A DNA stretch of 45,349 nucleotides from Candidatus Krumholzibacteriota bacterium. GTDB lineage: Bacteria; Krumholzibacteriota; Krumholzibacteriia; LZORAL124-64-63. A model generated the notes under the pieces. The model had not been told where the DNA came from, ran no database searches, and saw only the letters and a list, made by a program, of their open reading frames with translations. Location of the stretch: NCBI GenBank assembly GCA_039714075.1, contig JBDLKA010000021.1, forward strand, positions 1 through 45,349, given 5' to 3'. A program made the position numbers and the translations under genes. Shown here one piece after another: positions 1 to 9,146 of the stretch (within the stretch, counting starts at the first letter, position 1; every line of letters starts with the position of its first letter).

Positions 1-3000
1 TGGCGCCGCGCCGGCTTTTCCCCGGCCCGGCCCGCTTCCGGTTTCCTTCTGAGAGTGGGTGCCCTGGCCGCGTCGGTGGTCCTGATGGGGGTGGGGCTGG
101 GCTTCCTGTCCGTACGTGACTCCAAAACCATCCCGGCCGCCTTCCAACCCGATCCTGCCCGCGGTTTGGCCGAAGCCCGCGCCTCTCTCGACGCCCTGAT
201 GCCCGCCCTGGACCGCCTCGACCGGGGATTTCCGGATCTGTTCGCCGCGCCGGAGGATTCCACCGGCTGGACGGCCGTGCAGGGAGGCGACCCGTTCCGG
301 GTCATGCGGGACCTGCCGGGCAGGTGGGAGGACATCTACCGGTTCAGTGATTCCTTTCCCCTGAACGCCGTTCTCTGGGACCAATCGTCGCGGGCCGCCT
401 GGACGGCGGGAGCGGAACCGTTGCCCGCCTGGGATGATTCCCTCCAGCGGGACGGCCAGGGGGTTGGCCGGCGGAGCCTCGTCGATAGCCGCGGCCGCTG
501 GTTTTTGCGGGAAGTGGGGACCGTCCCCGGTGGCTTCGGGCTGGAAATCCAGATCGCCCTGGATCCCCAGGCCGCGTCCGGTTACCAACCCGGAATTTTA
601 TTCGAGGTCCTGGAACCGGGTGCATCCTTTCCTGCCGGTGACCGGGGAAATGGTCCGGGGGCCGATGCGGTCGTGGTTAAAAGCCTGCCCGACCGCGTAT
701 TGGTGCTGACGGCCCTGGACGACGGTTTGTCGGGAGGGTCCGTCCGCTGGAGATCCCGCTTGCTGCTGTCCGGGCTTCTGGCCTGGGTCCTGATCCTGGC
801 TGCGGGAACCCGCCTGGCTGCGGGTCCCATGGTTTTCCTGGCCGTCCTGTGGGTCGGGCGGGCGATGCTGGCCGCCTCGGAACTGCTGCGCTGGATCACC
901 CTTTCTTTTCCCGGCCAGGTTTTTCCCGCCCATCCGGGTTCCCTGTTCAGCCTCGTGGACCCGGCCTATTTCGCCACCCCGTTCGCGTTCGGTTGGTTCG
1001 CCTCGGTGGCGGACGCCCTTCTGACTTCGCTGCTGGTGGCGGTCACCGCCTGGCGTCTGCTGCAACTGCTGGGCGTGGTCCAGGGTGGGGGTCTTTCCCG
1101 TCTCCGCAGTCCCTTGCGGAAACAGGGACTCCTGCAGGGTGCCCTTTTTGGAGTGGTGGTGGGATTGGTTCTGTTGTGGCTGCAGTTCTTCGCCGGTCTG
1201 CTTGCCCAGAACGCCAACGCCCGCCTGATCGGCACGGGAGTTTCCCTGTCGTTTTTGTCCTTCTGGGGGCTGCAGATCTCCCTCATGCTCATGGCTTTCG
1301 GACTCGCCGCTTTGGTCACCGGACTATTGGCGCGGACGTCATGGCCCCGCCGCGGGGAAATGACCGGCTGGGTCGGCGGGGCGCTGGTGGCCGGCGGCGT
1401 CGCCACGCTCGTCCACCTGATCCTGGGGGAAGGCTGGTGGGCAGGTAGGCTGCTGGTGGCCGTGGTCGCGGTCGTTCTGTGGGTCCTGGCTCCCGCGCTT
1501 CTGGCGCGGCCCCATTTCCTGCGCCGATTCGCCTGGCCGGCGATCCTCCTGATCACCGTGGTCTGGAACTACGGGTCCCTGCGCGCGGTCTACGACCAGG
1601 CCGAAAGGTCATGGTTGGAACGCAAGGGGGCCGTCATCACCCAGGCGGATCCGGAATGGACCCGGATCCTGTTGAGCAGCGTCCTGGAGGAAATGGCCGC
1701 ACAGGAAGCCGCTGCGGGAACGCCGACGGTCGCCCGTTCGGATGTCTGGCGTGATGAAGCCGCCTGGGCCCTGTGGCGGGACTCGGCCCTGCGGGATCTG
1801 GGCTATTCCTGCCTGGTGGAGATCGTGGACGAGGACGCCGGCGAGGAGAGCCTGTTCACCCAGGGATTTTTGCGGGACTTCCAGTACGAGGTGGTGTCGC
1901 GGTCGGCCTGGGTGGGAATCAACGGACTTCCGGTGCAGGACAACTGGGACATGATATTCCAGACCGAGCGCCGCATCTATGCCGGCGGCCAGGAGGAGGT
2001 GGTGGCCGCGGAGATCGCCCGCACCGACGGCGGGGGCTGGATCCGGGTGGAGTTGCCGGTCCGTTCCTGGCGCATATCCACCTTGATCCGGGAACTGTGG
2101 AGCAGCCACGACCTGAGATCGAACGGGTACCGGCCGCGGGCCGAAGTGGATCGCCCCATCCTCCTGCTGCGGGCGGATGATACCGGTTGGCTGGAAGCCG
2201 ACGCCCTGGGTTTCCCGGGACCTGCTGCCAACCCATTCGTGGCGGATCTTCGTGCCGGCCTGAAGCCGTTGGCCGTGATCCCGCGCGCGGGACGCTCCTG
2301 GCTGTGCCGGTGGAACCCCTTGCCTCCGGGCGCCGCCCGGGCCGGCGGGGAGGGTTTCCTGCTGGGGCTGCAAAGATCGAATTTCCGGGAGGATCTGCTC
2401 GACCTGTCCCGCTTGATGCTGCTGAACCTTGTCCTGCTGTTCACCCTGTTCGGGTTCATTCAACTCAACCGCTGGGCGACAAGGGGCCGCCTTGCCGGGG
2501 ACGAGATTCCCTGGCGCCCGGGTTTTCAGGAGAGGTTCCTGGCCGGATATCTTTTTCTGGGCCTGGTGTTGCTGCTGGTGGTCGGCACCTCGGTCGACAA
2601 GGTCGGCCATGACCGGGTTCGCAGCGAGGCCAGGGCCCAGACCCGGGCCGGGCTCGCCCTGGCGGTGGAACAGCTGCGCAATCTTCTGGTCGAACAGGCC
2701 CGCTCCCTGGCCGCCAGCGAGTACATCTTCGACCTTTTGGAAGGCCAGCTGGCGGGCACCCGACCGGTCGGTCCGGTGCAAAAACGTCAGGGGATGGTCT
2801 TCGGACCGGACGGGACGCTGCTTCTGGACGAAACCCTGAGCGACCTGGACGATGACCAGGCGCGGGCTCTTTTGAACGCGGGCCGCGAAGCTCCCCTGGT
2901 GGTCATTCGGGATGAGGATGAATATTTCGTCGGCACCGTGATCCCCCTGGATCTGGGGGAATTTTTCACCGCTCCGGAGGACGCCGATGATCTTGGCCAT

Positions 3001-4704
3001 TCGGACAGCGGCAGCCAGGGGTTCTTTTTCTACCGCCAGGCCTTGGACGCCGGCCTGCTGGGAAGTCTGGCGGATCTCGTCGATGGCCAGGCGATGTTGC
3101 GCTTCGACGGTTTGCCGGTGTTCGCCAGCCAATCGGGGGCGGTGTTTTCGGGCGAGGCTCCCCTGCTGGCGGAACCGGCCGCCATGGCCGCAATGCTGGA
3201 TCACCCCAGCGGCCAGGGGGTTTTTGCGGCTCCCGGCCGGCCCTTCGCCTTTACCGGCGCGCAGCCCTTGCCCGCCTTCGGACCGGATGACCAGGGCGAA
3301 TTGCGGGCCCGGCGGCTGCCCGCCATCCTGGCCCTCAACTTCCCGGACCGGGAGCGCGAGTACATCGGCCAGCGGCGCGGGACCGTCCTTTTCCTGACGG
3401 GCCTGGCCAACCTGATCCTGCTGACGGCCCTGGTGCTGGCCCTGCTCATGTCCTGGAACATCTTCCGCCCATTGCGCCTGCTGCTGACGGCGACCCGTTC
3501 GCTGGCCCAGGGGGATTTCGAGGCTCCCCTGCCGGATCCCGGTTCCGATGAAATCGGTCGTCTGGCGGGCGCCTTCAGCCTCATGCGGGATGACCTGCAA
3601 TCGGCCCGGGACGATCTGGCGGCCCGGGAACGGTTCCTGGCCACGGTCCTGAACCGGGTCACCGTCGGGGTGGCGGTGCTGGACAACCAGGGAGAAATCG
3701 TGACCCTGAACCCGGCGGGACGGCAGATCCTGGCTGGGTTCGGGGGCGCGGACGGGGATCAAACCGACGTTTCCCGGTTGCTGGCCGGATTCCGGACCCT
3801 GGCCGCGGGCGAGGACCGCGTGGGCGGGGAACTGGCCAGCGAAGACGGACGCCGGACCCTGCGCGGAGCCATGGCGCCCCTGGATCTGCCCGGCGGGCGC
3901 ACCGACACCATGCTCGTCTTCGAGGACATCACCGAATTCCTCGACCACAAGAAGATGGCCATCAACGCGGAACTCGCCCGGCAGGTGGCCCATGAAATCA
4001 AAAACCCCCTGACGCCCATCCAACTGTCGGTCCAGCTTCTGGGGCAGGCCTGGCAGGACAAACATCCCAACCTGGACCGGATCGTGGCCGAAACGGTGGA
4101 CCGGGTGCTGAACCAGGTGACCCTGCTGCGGAGCATCGCCGGGGAATTCAGCCTGCTGGGACGGCCGGGGGAACTGGAAACCGAGGCTGTGGATCTGGAA
4201 GCCCTGGTGGTCGATGTCCTGGCCGGATACGGCGCCGGGGACGGAGCGCGGGCGACCGGCGGGGAAACGGCGGCCGCGGCGGGGATTGCGGTTCCCGCGG
4301 TGGAATTGGAGCCCGGTCCCGTACCGGCGGTCCTGGCCCACCGCGATTCCCTGCAGAAGATCCTGGGGAATCTCATGCAGAATTCGCTGGATGCGACCCG
4401 CCCGGGACAGCCGCTGTCCATCGGGATTTCCTGGCGCCGGGAAACCGATCATCTGACCCTGGTCTGGGCCGATAATGGCGCCGGTCTGCCCGCCGAGGTG
4501 GCCGATCGCCTGTTCGACCCGTATTTTTCCACCAAGAGCAAGGGCACCGGTCTTGGCCTGGCGATCTGTCGGAATCTGGCCGATCGCATGGGTGGGACCA
4601 TCAGGCTGTACAACCGCAGTGACGGACCCGGAGCCATTGCCGAACTTTCGTTGCCCCTCGGTTGCCCCGACGGCTCTCAGGAAAGGGATTCCGGAAACCA
4701 ATGA
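1..4704 (+). CDS. Very large multi-TM sensor histidine kinase (HAMP-PAS-HisKA-HATPase, NtrY-like); probably 5'-truncated by the window edge
   Basis: H-box LARQVAHEIKNPLTPIQL, N-box NLMQNS, G1 DNGAG, F/G2 LFDPYFSTKSKGTGLGLAI, HAMP (RPLRLL...DEIGRLAGAF) and many hydrophobic segments. The frame is open from base 1 to the ORF-track GTG at 55, so the true start may lie upstream. Confidence 0.9.
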   Translation, partial: WRRAGFSPARPASGFLLRVGALAASVVLMGVGLGFLSVRDSKTIPAAFQPDPARGLAEARASLDALMPALDRLDRGFPDLFAAPEDSTGWTAVQGGDPFRVMRDLPGRWEDIYRFSDSFPLNAVLWDQSSRAAWTAGAEPLPAWDDSLQRDGQGVGRRSLVDSRGRWFLREVGTVPGGFGLEIQIALDPQAASGYQPGILFEVLEPGASFPAGDRGNGPGADAVVVKSLPDRVLVLTALDDGLSGGSVRWRSRLLLSGLLAWVLILAAGTRLAAGPMVFLAVLWVGRAMLAASELLRWITLSFPGQVFPAHPGSLFSLVDPAYFATPFAFGWFASVADALLTSLLVAVTAWRLLQLLGVVQGGGLSRLRSPLRKQGLLQGALFGVVVGLVLLWLQFFAGLLAQNANARLIGTGVSLSFLSFWGLQISLMLMAFGLAALVTGLLARTSWPRRGEMTGWVGGALVAGGVATLVHLILGEGWWAGRLLVAVVAVVLWVLAPALLARPHFLRRFAWPAILLITVVWNYGSLRAVYDQAERSWLERKGAVITQADPEWTRILLSSVLEEMAAQEAAAGTPTVARSDVWRDEAAWALWRDSALRDLGYSCLVEIVDEDAGEESLFTQGFLRDFQYEVVSRSAWVGINGLPVQDNWDMIFQTERRIYAGGQEEVVAAEIARTDGGGWIRVELPVRSWRISTLIRELWSSHDLRSNGYRPRAEVDRPILLLRADDTGWLEADALGFPGPAANPFVADLRAGLKPLAVIPRAGRSWLCRWNPLPPGAARAGGEGFLLGLQRSNFREDLLDLSRLMLLNLVLLFTLFGFIQLNRWATRGRLAGDEIPWRPGFQERFLAGYLFLGLVLLLVVGTSVDKVGHDRVRSEARAQTRAGLALAVEQLRNLLVEQARSLAASEYIFDLLEGQLAGTRPVGPVQKRQGMVFGPDGTLLLDETLSDLDDDQARALLNAGREAPLVVIRDEDEYFVGTVIPLDLGEFFTAPEDADDLGHSDSGSQGFFFYRQALDAGLLGSLADLVDGQAMLRFDGLPVFASQSGAVFSGEAPLLAEPAAMAAMLDHPSGQGVFAAPGRPFAFTGAQPLPAFGPDDQGELRARRLPAILALNFPDREREYIGQRRGTVLFLTGLANLILLTALVLALLMSWNIFRPLRLLLTATRSLAQGDFEAPLPDPGSDEIGRLAGAFSLMRDDLQSARDDLAARERFLATVLNRVTVGVAVLDNQGEIVTLNPAGRQILAGFGGADGDQTDVSRLLAGFRTLAAGEDRVGGELASEDGRRTLRGAMAPLDLPGGRTDTMLVFEDITEFLDHKKMAINAELARQVAHEIKNPLTPIQLSVQLLGQAWQDKHPNLDRIVAETVDRVLNQVTLLRSIAGEFSLLGRPGELETEAVDLEALVVDVLAGYGAGDGARATGGETAAAAGIAVPAVELEPGPVPAVLAHRDSLQKILGNLMQNSLDATRPGQPLSIGISWRRETDHLTLVWADNGAGLPAEVADRLFDPYFSTKSKGTGLGLAICRNLADRMGGTIRLYNRSDGPGAIAELSLPLGCPDGSQERDSGNQ

Positions 4705-5399
4705 CAGCTCAGGTTGATGTTAAAAAGGCTTTTGGTCTTGTTGTGACCGTCCTGGTGATGGCGGCGATGCTGCCCCCGGCGGCCGCGGGCCGGACGGCCA
4801 CCGAGCCGGAAGTGCGCCTGGCCAGACTGCACTATGACGGCGGCGGCGACTGGTACTGCGACCCCAGCAGTCTGCCCAACTGGCTGGCCCTGTTCCGGTC
4901 CCGGACCGGAATACCCACCGCGGATGCCGAAGTCGTCGTCACCCTGGACAGTGAAGATCTGTACAGCTTTCCGTTTTTGTATGTCTCCGGGCACGGCCGC
5001 ATCGCCCTGGAGGCCAAGGACCTGGAGGAACTGCGCCGTTACCTGGACAGCGGGGGATTCCTGTACGCCGACGACAACTACGGGCTGGATCCGTCCTTTC
5101 GGGAAATGGTGGCCCGGTTGTTTCCGGAGAACGAACTGGAGCCGATTTCCGGCAACCATCCCATCTACCATTCGTTTTATGATTTGCCGGGATTGCCGAA
5201 AATCCACCAGCACGACGGGGAACCCGCCCTCGGTTACGGCGTTTTCAGGAACGGGCGGCTGGTCCTTTTCTATTCCTATTCCGCGGACATAGGAGACGGC
5301 CTGGAAGACCCCGACGTGCATGGGGATCCGGCGGAGGTCCGCGAGGCCGCCGCCAAGATGGCCGTCAACATCCTGATGTATGCGTTGACGCATCCCTAG
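4701..5399 (+). CDS. DUF4159 domain-containing exported protein
   Basis: Signal peptide, RLHYDGGGDWY..P.SLPN, YLDSGGFLYADDNYG and HPIYHSFY motifs typical of DUF4159. ATG at 4701 overlaps the kinase stop (ATGA). Confidence 0.8.
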   Translation: MTAQVDVKKAFGLVVTVLVMAAMLPPAAAGRTATEPEVRLARLHYDGGGDWYCDPSSLPNWLALFRSRTGIPTADAEVVVTLDSEDLYSFPFLYVSGHGRIALEAKDLEELRRYLDSGGFLYADDNYGLDPSFREMVARLFPENELEPISGNHPIYHSFYDLPGLPKIHQHDGEPALGYGVFRNGRLVLFYSYSADIGDGLEDPDVHGDPAEVREAAAKMAVNILMYALTHP

Positions 5400-5441
5400 C
5401 ATTGGCCGGACGTTGAACCTTTGAAACCCGAATCGAGCAGC

Positions 5442-8400
5442 ATGGCAACCGCGCAGCCGAAAACCGACTTCCAGACCCGACTCGGGAGCCTCCTGGTCCG
5501 CACCAGGTTGCGCGCCCTGCGGTATGGTCTGCTGCGGACGGTGACCGCCGCCGGCGGGGTCGTCTTGTCGGCGGCCTGGGCGGTGGGGGCGGAAACAGGC
5601 CCGCGGGGATTCATCGCCTGGGGCCTGTCGCTTTCGGTGCTGCTGCTGCTGATCCTGATCGTGCGTGATTTTCTGGTCCGGCCCCTGCGGCCCTGGCGCA
5701 GGAAAAGGAACCTGGTCCGGGTCGTCGAACAGCAGGGGGATTACCACAACGTCCTGGTCTCGGCCGAGGAAGCTGGCCGTGTGCCCGCGCGCTGGGAGGG
5801 CGAGCATCCGGTCCGGGCCGAATTGCGGCGCCGGCTTTTCCAGCGCGCGGACGGAATCCTGGCAGCCCTGAACCCCGCCCATGTTCTCGATCAACCGTTC
5901 ATCCGCTCCTGGACCCTGGGCCTGGTCGCGGTGCTGTGCCTGGGAATCCTGATGGCCGCCTTTGATATGGGTGATCTAAGACGGGGACTGGGGCGCCTGG
6001 CCAAACCCTGGCCCGCAAAAATCATCGTGCCGGTGGGCGGGTTGTACGGCCTGCCTGGTGGGGATTTCGTGATCGCTGGCCGGGATATCGAACTGGCGGC
6101 CTTGGATTTCGCCGGAGGAACCGATGCCGCCGCTTGCGAAATCCGGACCGGCAGCGGGATGTGGCGGCGTATGGAAACCCAGGCCGAGCGGGTCTTCGCG
6201 GGGGCGGCGGGTCTGCCGGCGCCCTACCGGAAATGGACGTCCGTTGTTCCCGAAGTCCGCGAGGATTTTTCCTGGCGCTTCGTCCGCGGCGCCATGGTTA
6301 CCGCCGAAGGCCGGGTGACTGTTCGCCACCATCCCCTGGTGACGGGGCTTTCCGCCCGGGTGACCCCGCCGGCATACACGCGGTTGCCGGCGCGCGACAT
6401 GGCCCGGCTGCCCACCTGGATCGAAGTTCCGGCCGGAAGCTCGGTCCGGTTGACCGGCACGGTGAATCACCCGGTCGCGCGGGCCTGGGTGGTGGCCGAC
6501 CCGGGCGATACGCTGGACCTGGCGGTGGAATCCCTGGAGGTTTCGGGCACCCTGCTCATCGCCGAATCGACCATTTTCACGATGAACCTGGAGGATGGCT
6601 TCGGGCTGCGCAATTTCACGCCCCTGAGGTACGAGGTGGCCGCAGCCGAGGACGCGGTTCCCGCGGTGCGCCTGGAACGGCTGGATGACGACGGGATCCT
6701 GCCCATCTCCGGGGAACTGACCCTCGAACTGGAGGCCGCCGATGATTTCGGACTGGCCGGCTTGGACCTTCTGGTCCGCGCCCAGGTCTCCGGGGAGTCC
6801 GCCTTGAGCGGCAGAAATTCCGGCGAGTGGAGCCGGGGCCGGTTCTGGCCCGGCGCGGAATCCGTCTGGGTCACCGTGGAAACAACGGCGGGTCCCCTGC
6901 GGGTTCGCCAGGGCAACCACGGGGACAGCTTGTCCGAATTGCGGGTCCGCTTCCGGCTGGATGTCCGGGCGGGAGACCTGGACCTCGTGTCCGGTGACGC
7001 GCTCGAACTGGCCGTCGAGGCGGTGGACAACAAGCGCCCGGGTCCCGCCGGCCGCTCCCGTTCGCGCGTGATCCGTCTGGTGCTGCCTTCGGCACAGGAT
7101 GTGCTGGCTTCCCAGGCAGAATCCGGCGAGGACCGCAGGTCCGAGCTGGAGGAGATGCGGCGGCGGAGCAGCGAACTGGACGCCGACCTCGATCGCCTGA
7201 CCCGTGAGTTGATGAAGAACCCCCTGCCGGATTGGGCCCGGCAGCAGGAAATGGAAGCGGCGATCGAGCGCCAGAAGACCCTCCAGGAGGAACTGGCCCG
7301 GGTGGCCCGCGAGCTCCAGGAGGAGTTGGACCATCTGGCCGGCAGCCAGCTGACGTCCGAGGCCCAGCAACAAAAGGCCGACGAGGTGTCGGAGCTGCTT
7401 TCCCAGTCTGGCAGCCAGCGGTTGAACGATCTTCTGGAAAAGATGGAGGAGGCCTCGGGACAGGTTTCCCCCGACGAAGTGGCGCGCGCCATGCAGGAAG
7501 TCGCCCGCAACCAGAAGGACATGGCCCGCAAACTGGACGCGGCCCTGGCCATGCTCAAACGCATGGCCCAGGAGCAGGAACTGGAAGGTTTGGCCTCGCT
7601 GCTGGAAAAGATGATCCAGAAGCAGCAGGAACTCGCGGACCTCAGCCGCCAGTTGGAGCAGGAGAAAGCCGCCGTGGAACGCGAACAGGAAGAAGGCGCA
7701 CAGGAGTCCGAGGGCCAGGAGGGGCAAGAAGGTCAGGAGGGCCAGGAGGGCCAGGAAGGCGAACAGGATCAGACCGGTGAACAGCCCGCCCCCGAGATGC
7801 CGTCGGCCGAAGAACTGGCCCGCCGCCAGGAGGCCCTGGCCCAGGAGCTGGAGCAGCTGACCGAAAAACTGGAAGAGGCCTTGAAAGAGCTCAAGGAACA
7901 GAAGGAGCAGAACCCGGATTCGCCCGGCGAGGACCGGATGGAAACCGCCCTGCAGGAAGCCCTCGACAAGCTGGAAGAGCAGCAGAGTGAAAGCAAGATG
8001 AGCGAGGCCTCCGAGCAATTGATGCAGATGGATCCCGGCCAGGCGGCCGAAATGCAGGAGCAGGCCCTGCGCGATCTGGGCGCATTGTACCATGTCATGA
8101 TCCAGTCCCAGGAAGCCATGCAGATGGCCATGAAAATGGAGCAGGTCTCTTCGCTGCGGGGGTTGGCCGCGGACCTGCTGGCGCTCTCGTCCCGTCAGGA
8201 GGAAATCGCCGCCCTGATTCCCCCGGACCTGAAGGACCTGCGCTCGCTGGACCTGACCAGGTCCCAGCACCGGGTGCAGAAAGCGGCCGTCGGTGTGCGG
8301 GAAAATCTGTCGCAATTGATGGATGAAGCGCCGAACCGCATCATGAAACTGCTCAAGAAACTGGACGACCTGATCGAGGAGATGGGCAGCAGTCTGCGGG

Positions 8401-9146
8401 CCATGGAGGAGAACCGTTCCCAGATCGCCCGGCGCCACGCCCGGGAAAGTCTGGCGGCCTCGAACCGCCTGGTGATCAGCTTGCTGACCGAGGCCCAAAT
8501 GGCCGGGGGTAGCGGCGGCGGCAGTGGCAGCCCCATGCCTTCGATGAGCGAACAGCTGAAACAGATGGCCAAGGAGCAGGCCGGTTTGAACGGCACCACC
8601 GAACAATTGCGGCGCATGCTCGCCGACCGCGGTATGAGCCAGGAGATGCGGTCGCAAATGAAGCGCCTGGGGGAGGAGCAGGCGGGGCTGGCCGGACGCA
8701 TGGGCGAGTTGGCCGAGGAACAGCGTCAGGCCGAACGACAGGACGGTGAACGACCACTGGGGGATCTGGGGCATCTGGGCCGGGACATGGAATCCCTCAG
8801 CCGTGACCTGGACGACGGGCTGGTCAATGAAGAAACCCTCCAGAGGCAGGACCGGATTCTGAGCCGCATGCTGGATGCCCGCAATTCGGTCCGTCGCCGC
8901 GACTACACGACCCGGCGCGAGAGCCGGACCGCGGACCGCTTGTTCGATCTTCAGAACGGCAACGAAGGCGGTGAGGGCGATGCGGGTGATCAGCCTTTCC
9001 GCCTGCGCTATCAGCCCCTGGAAAAAGCGCCCCTGGAGTACCGCGATCTCGTGCGGCGGTATTTCACCGCCCTGGATTCCCTGCGGCGCAACGATGACGC
9101 CCCGCTTCAGGATCCGCCCGCTTCCGCCGGGGAGGACACCCCGTGA
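5442..9146 (+). CDS. DUF4175-like membrane-anchored protein with Ig-like region and long Q/E-rich coiled coil
   Basis: Three N-terminal TM segments, 'PPAYT' and 'AADDFGL' motifs, long QQELA-type coiled coil, C-terminal 'PLEYRDLVRRYF'. Start is ATG 5442 or TTG 5421. Confidence 0.7.
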   Translation: MATAQPKTDFQTRLGSLLVRTRLRALRYGLLRTVTAAGGVVLSAAWAVGAETGPRGFIAWGLSLSVLLLLILIVRDFLVRPLRPWRRKRNLVRVVEQQGDYHNVLVSAEEAGRVPARWEGEHPVRAELRRRLFQRADGILAALNPAHVLDQPFIRSWTLGLVAVLCLGILMAAFDMGDLRRGLGRLAKPWPAKIIVPVGGLYGLPGGDFVIAGRDIELAALDFAGGTDAAACEIRTGSGMWRRMETQAERVFAGAAGLPAPYRKWTSVVPEVREDFSWRFVRGAMVTAEGRVTVRHHPLVTGLSARVTPPAYTRLPARDMARLPTWIEVPAGSSVRLTGTVNHPVARAWVVADPGDTLDLAVESLEVSGTLLIAESTIFTMNLEDGFGLRNFTPLRYEVAAAEDAVPAVRLERLDDDGILPISGELTLELEAADDFGLAGLDLLVRAQVSGESALSGRNSGEWSRGRFWPGAESVWVTVETTAGPLRVRQGNHGDSLSELRVRFRLDVRAGDLDLVSGDALELAVEAVDNKRPGPAGRSRSRVIRLVLPSAQDVLASQAESGEDRRSELEEMRRRSSELDADLDRLTRELMKNPLPDWARQQEMEAAIERQKTLQEELARVARELQEELDHLAGSQLTSEAQQQKADEVSELLSQSGSQRLNDLLEKMEEASGQVSPDEVARAMQEVARNQKDMARKLDAALAMLKRMAQEQELEGLASLLEKMIQKQQELADLSRQLEQEKAAVEREQEEGAQESEGQEGQEGQEGQEGQEGEQDQTGEQPAPEMPSAEELARRQEALAQELEQLTEKLEEALKELKEQKEQNPDSPGEDRMETALQEALDKLEEQQSESKMSEASEQLMQMDPGQAAEMQEQALRDLGALYHVMIQSQEAMQMAMKMEQVSSLRGLAADLLALSSRQEEIAALIPPDLKDLRSLDLTRSQHRVQKAAVGVRENLSQLMDEAPNRIMKLLKKLDDLIEEMGSSLRAMEENRSQIARRHARESLAASNRLVISLLTEAQMAGGSGGGSGSPMPSMSEQLKQMAKEQAGLNGTTEQLRRMLADRGMSQEMRSQMKRLGEEQAGLAGRMGELAEEQRQAERQDGERPLGDLGHLGRDMESLSRDLDDGLVNEETLQRQDRILSRMLDARNSVRRRDYTTRRESRTADRLFDLQNGNEGGEGDAGDQPFRLRYQPLEKAPLEYRDLVRRYFTALDSLRRNDDAPLQDPPASAGEDTP
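7710..7766 (+). repeat. Coding 9-bp tandem repeat, (EGQ)5-EGEQ linker
   Basis: GAGGGCCAG GAGGGGCAA GAAGGTCAG GAGGGCCAG GAGGGCCAG GAAGGCGAACAG, in frame within the DUF4175-like gene. Confidence 0.85.

Noticed and set aside
7710..7766. EGQ repeat as a phase-variation or contingency locus
   Set aside because: The 9-bp unit keeps the frame and has synonymous variation, which fits an ordinary low-complexity linker.
1609..8774. Very long antisense ORFs (1609-4701, 1030 aa; 5976-8774, 932 aa), and likewise 25757-28084 and 28798-31371
   Set aside because: They are shadow frames of well-supported genes, expected from high GC3 codon bias, and have no recognisable motifs.
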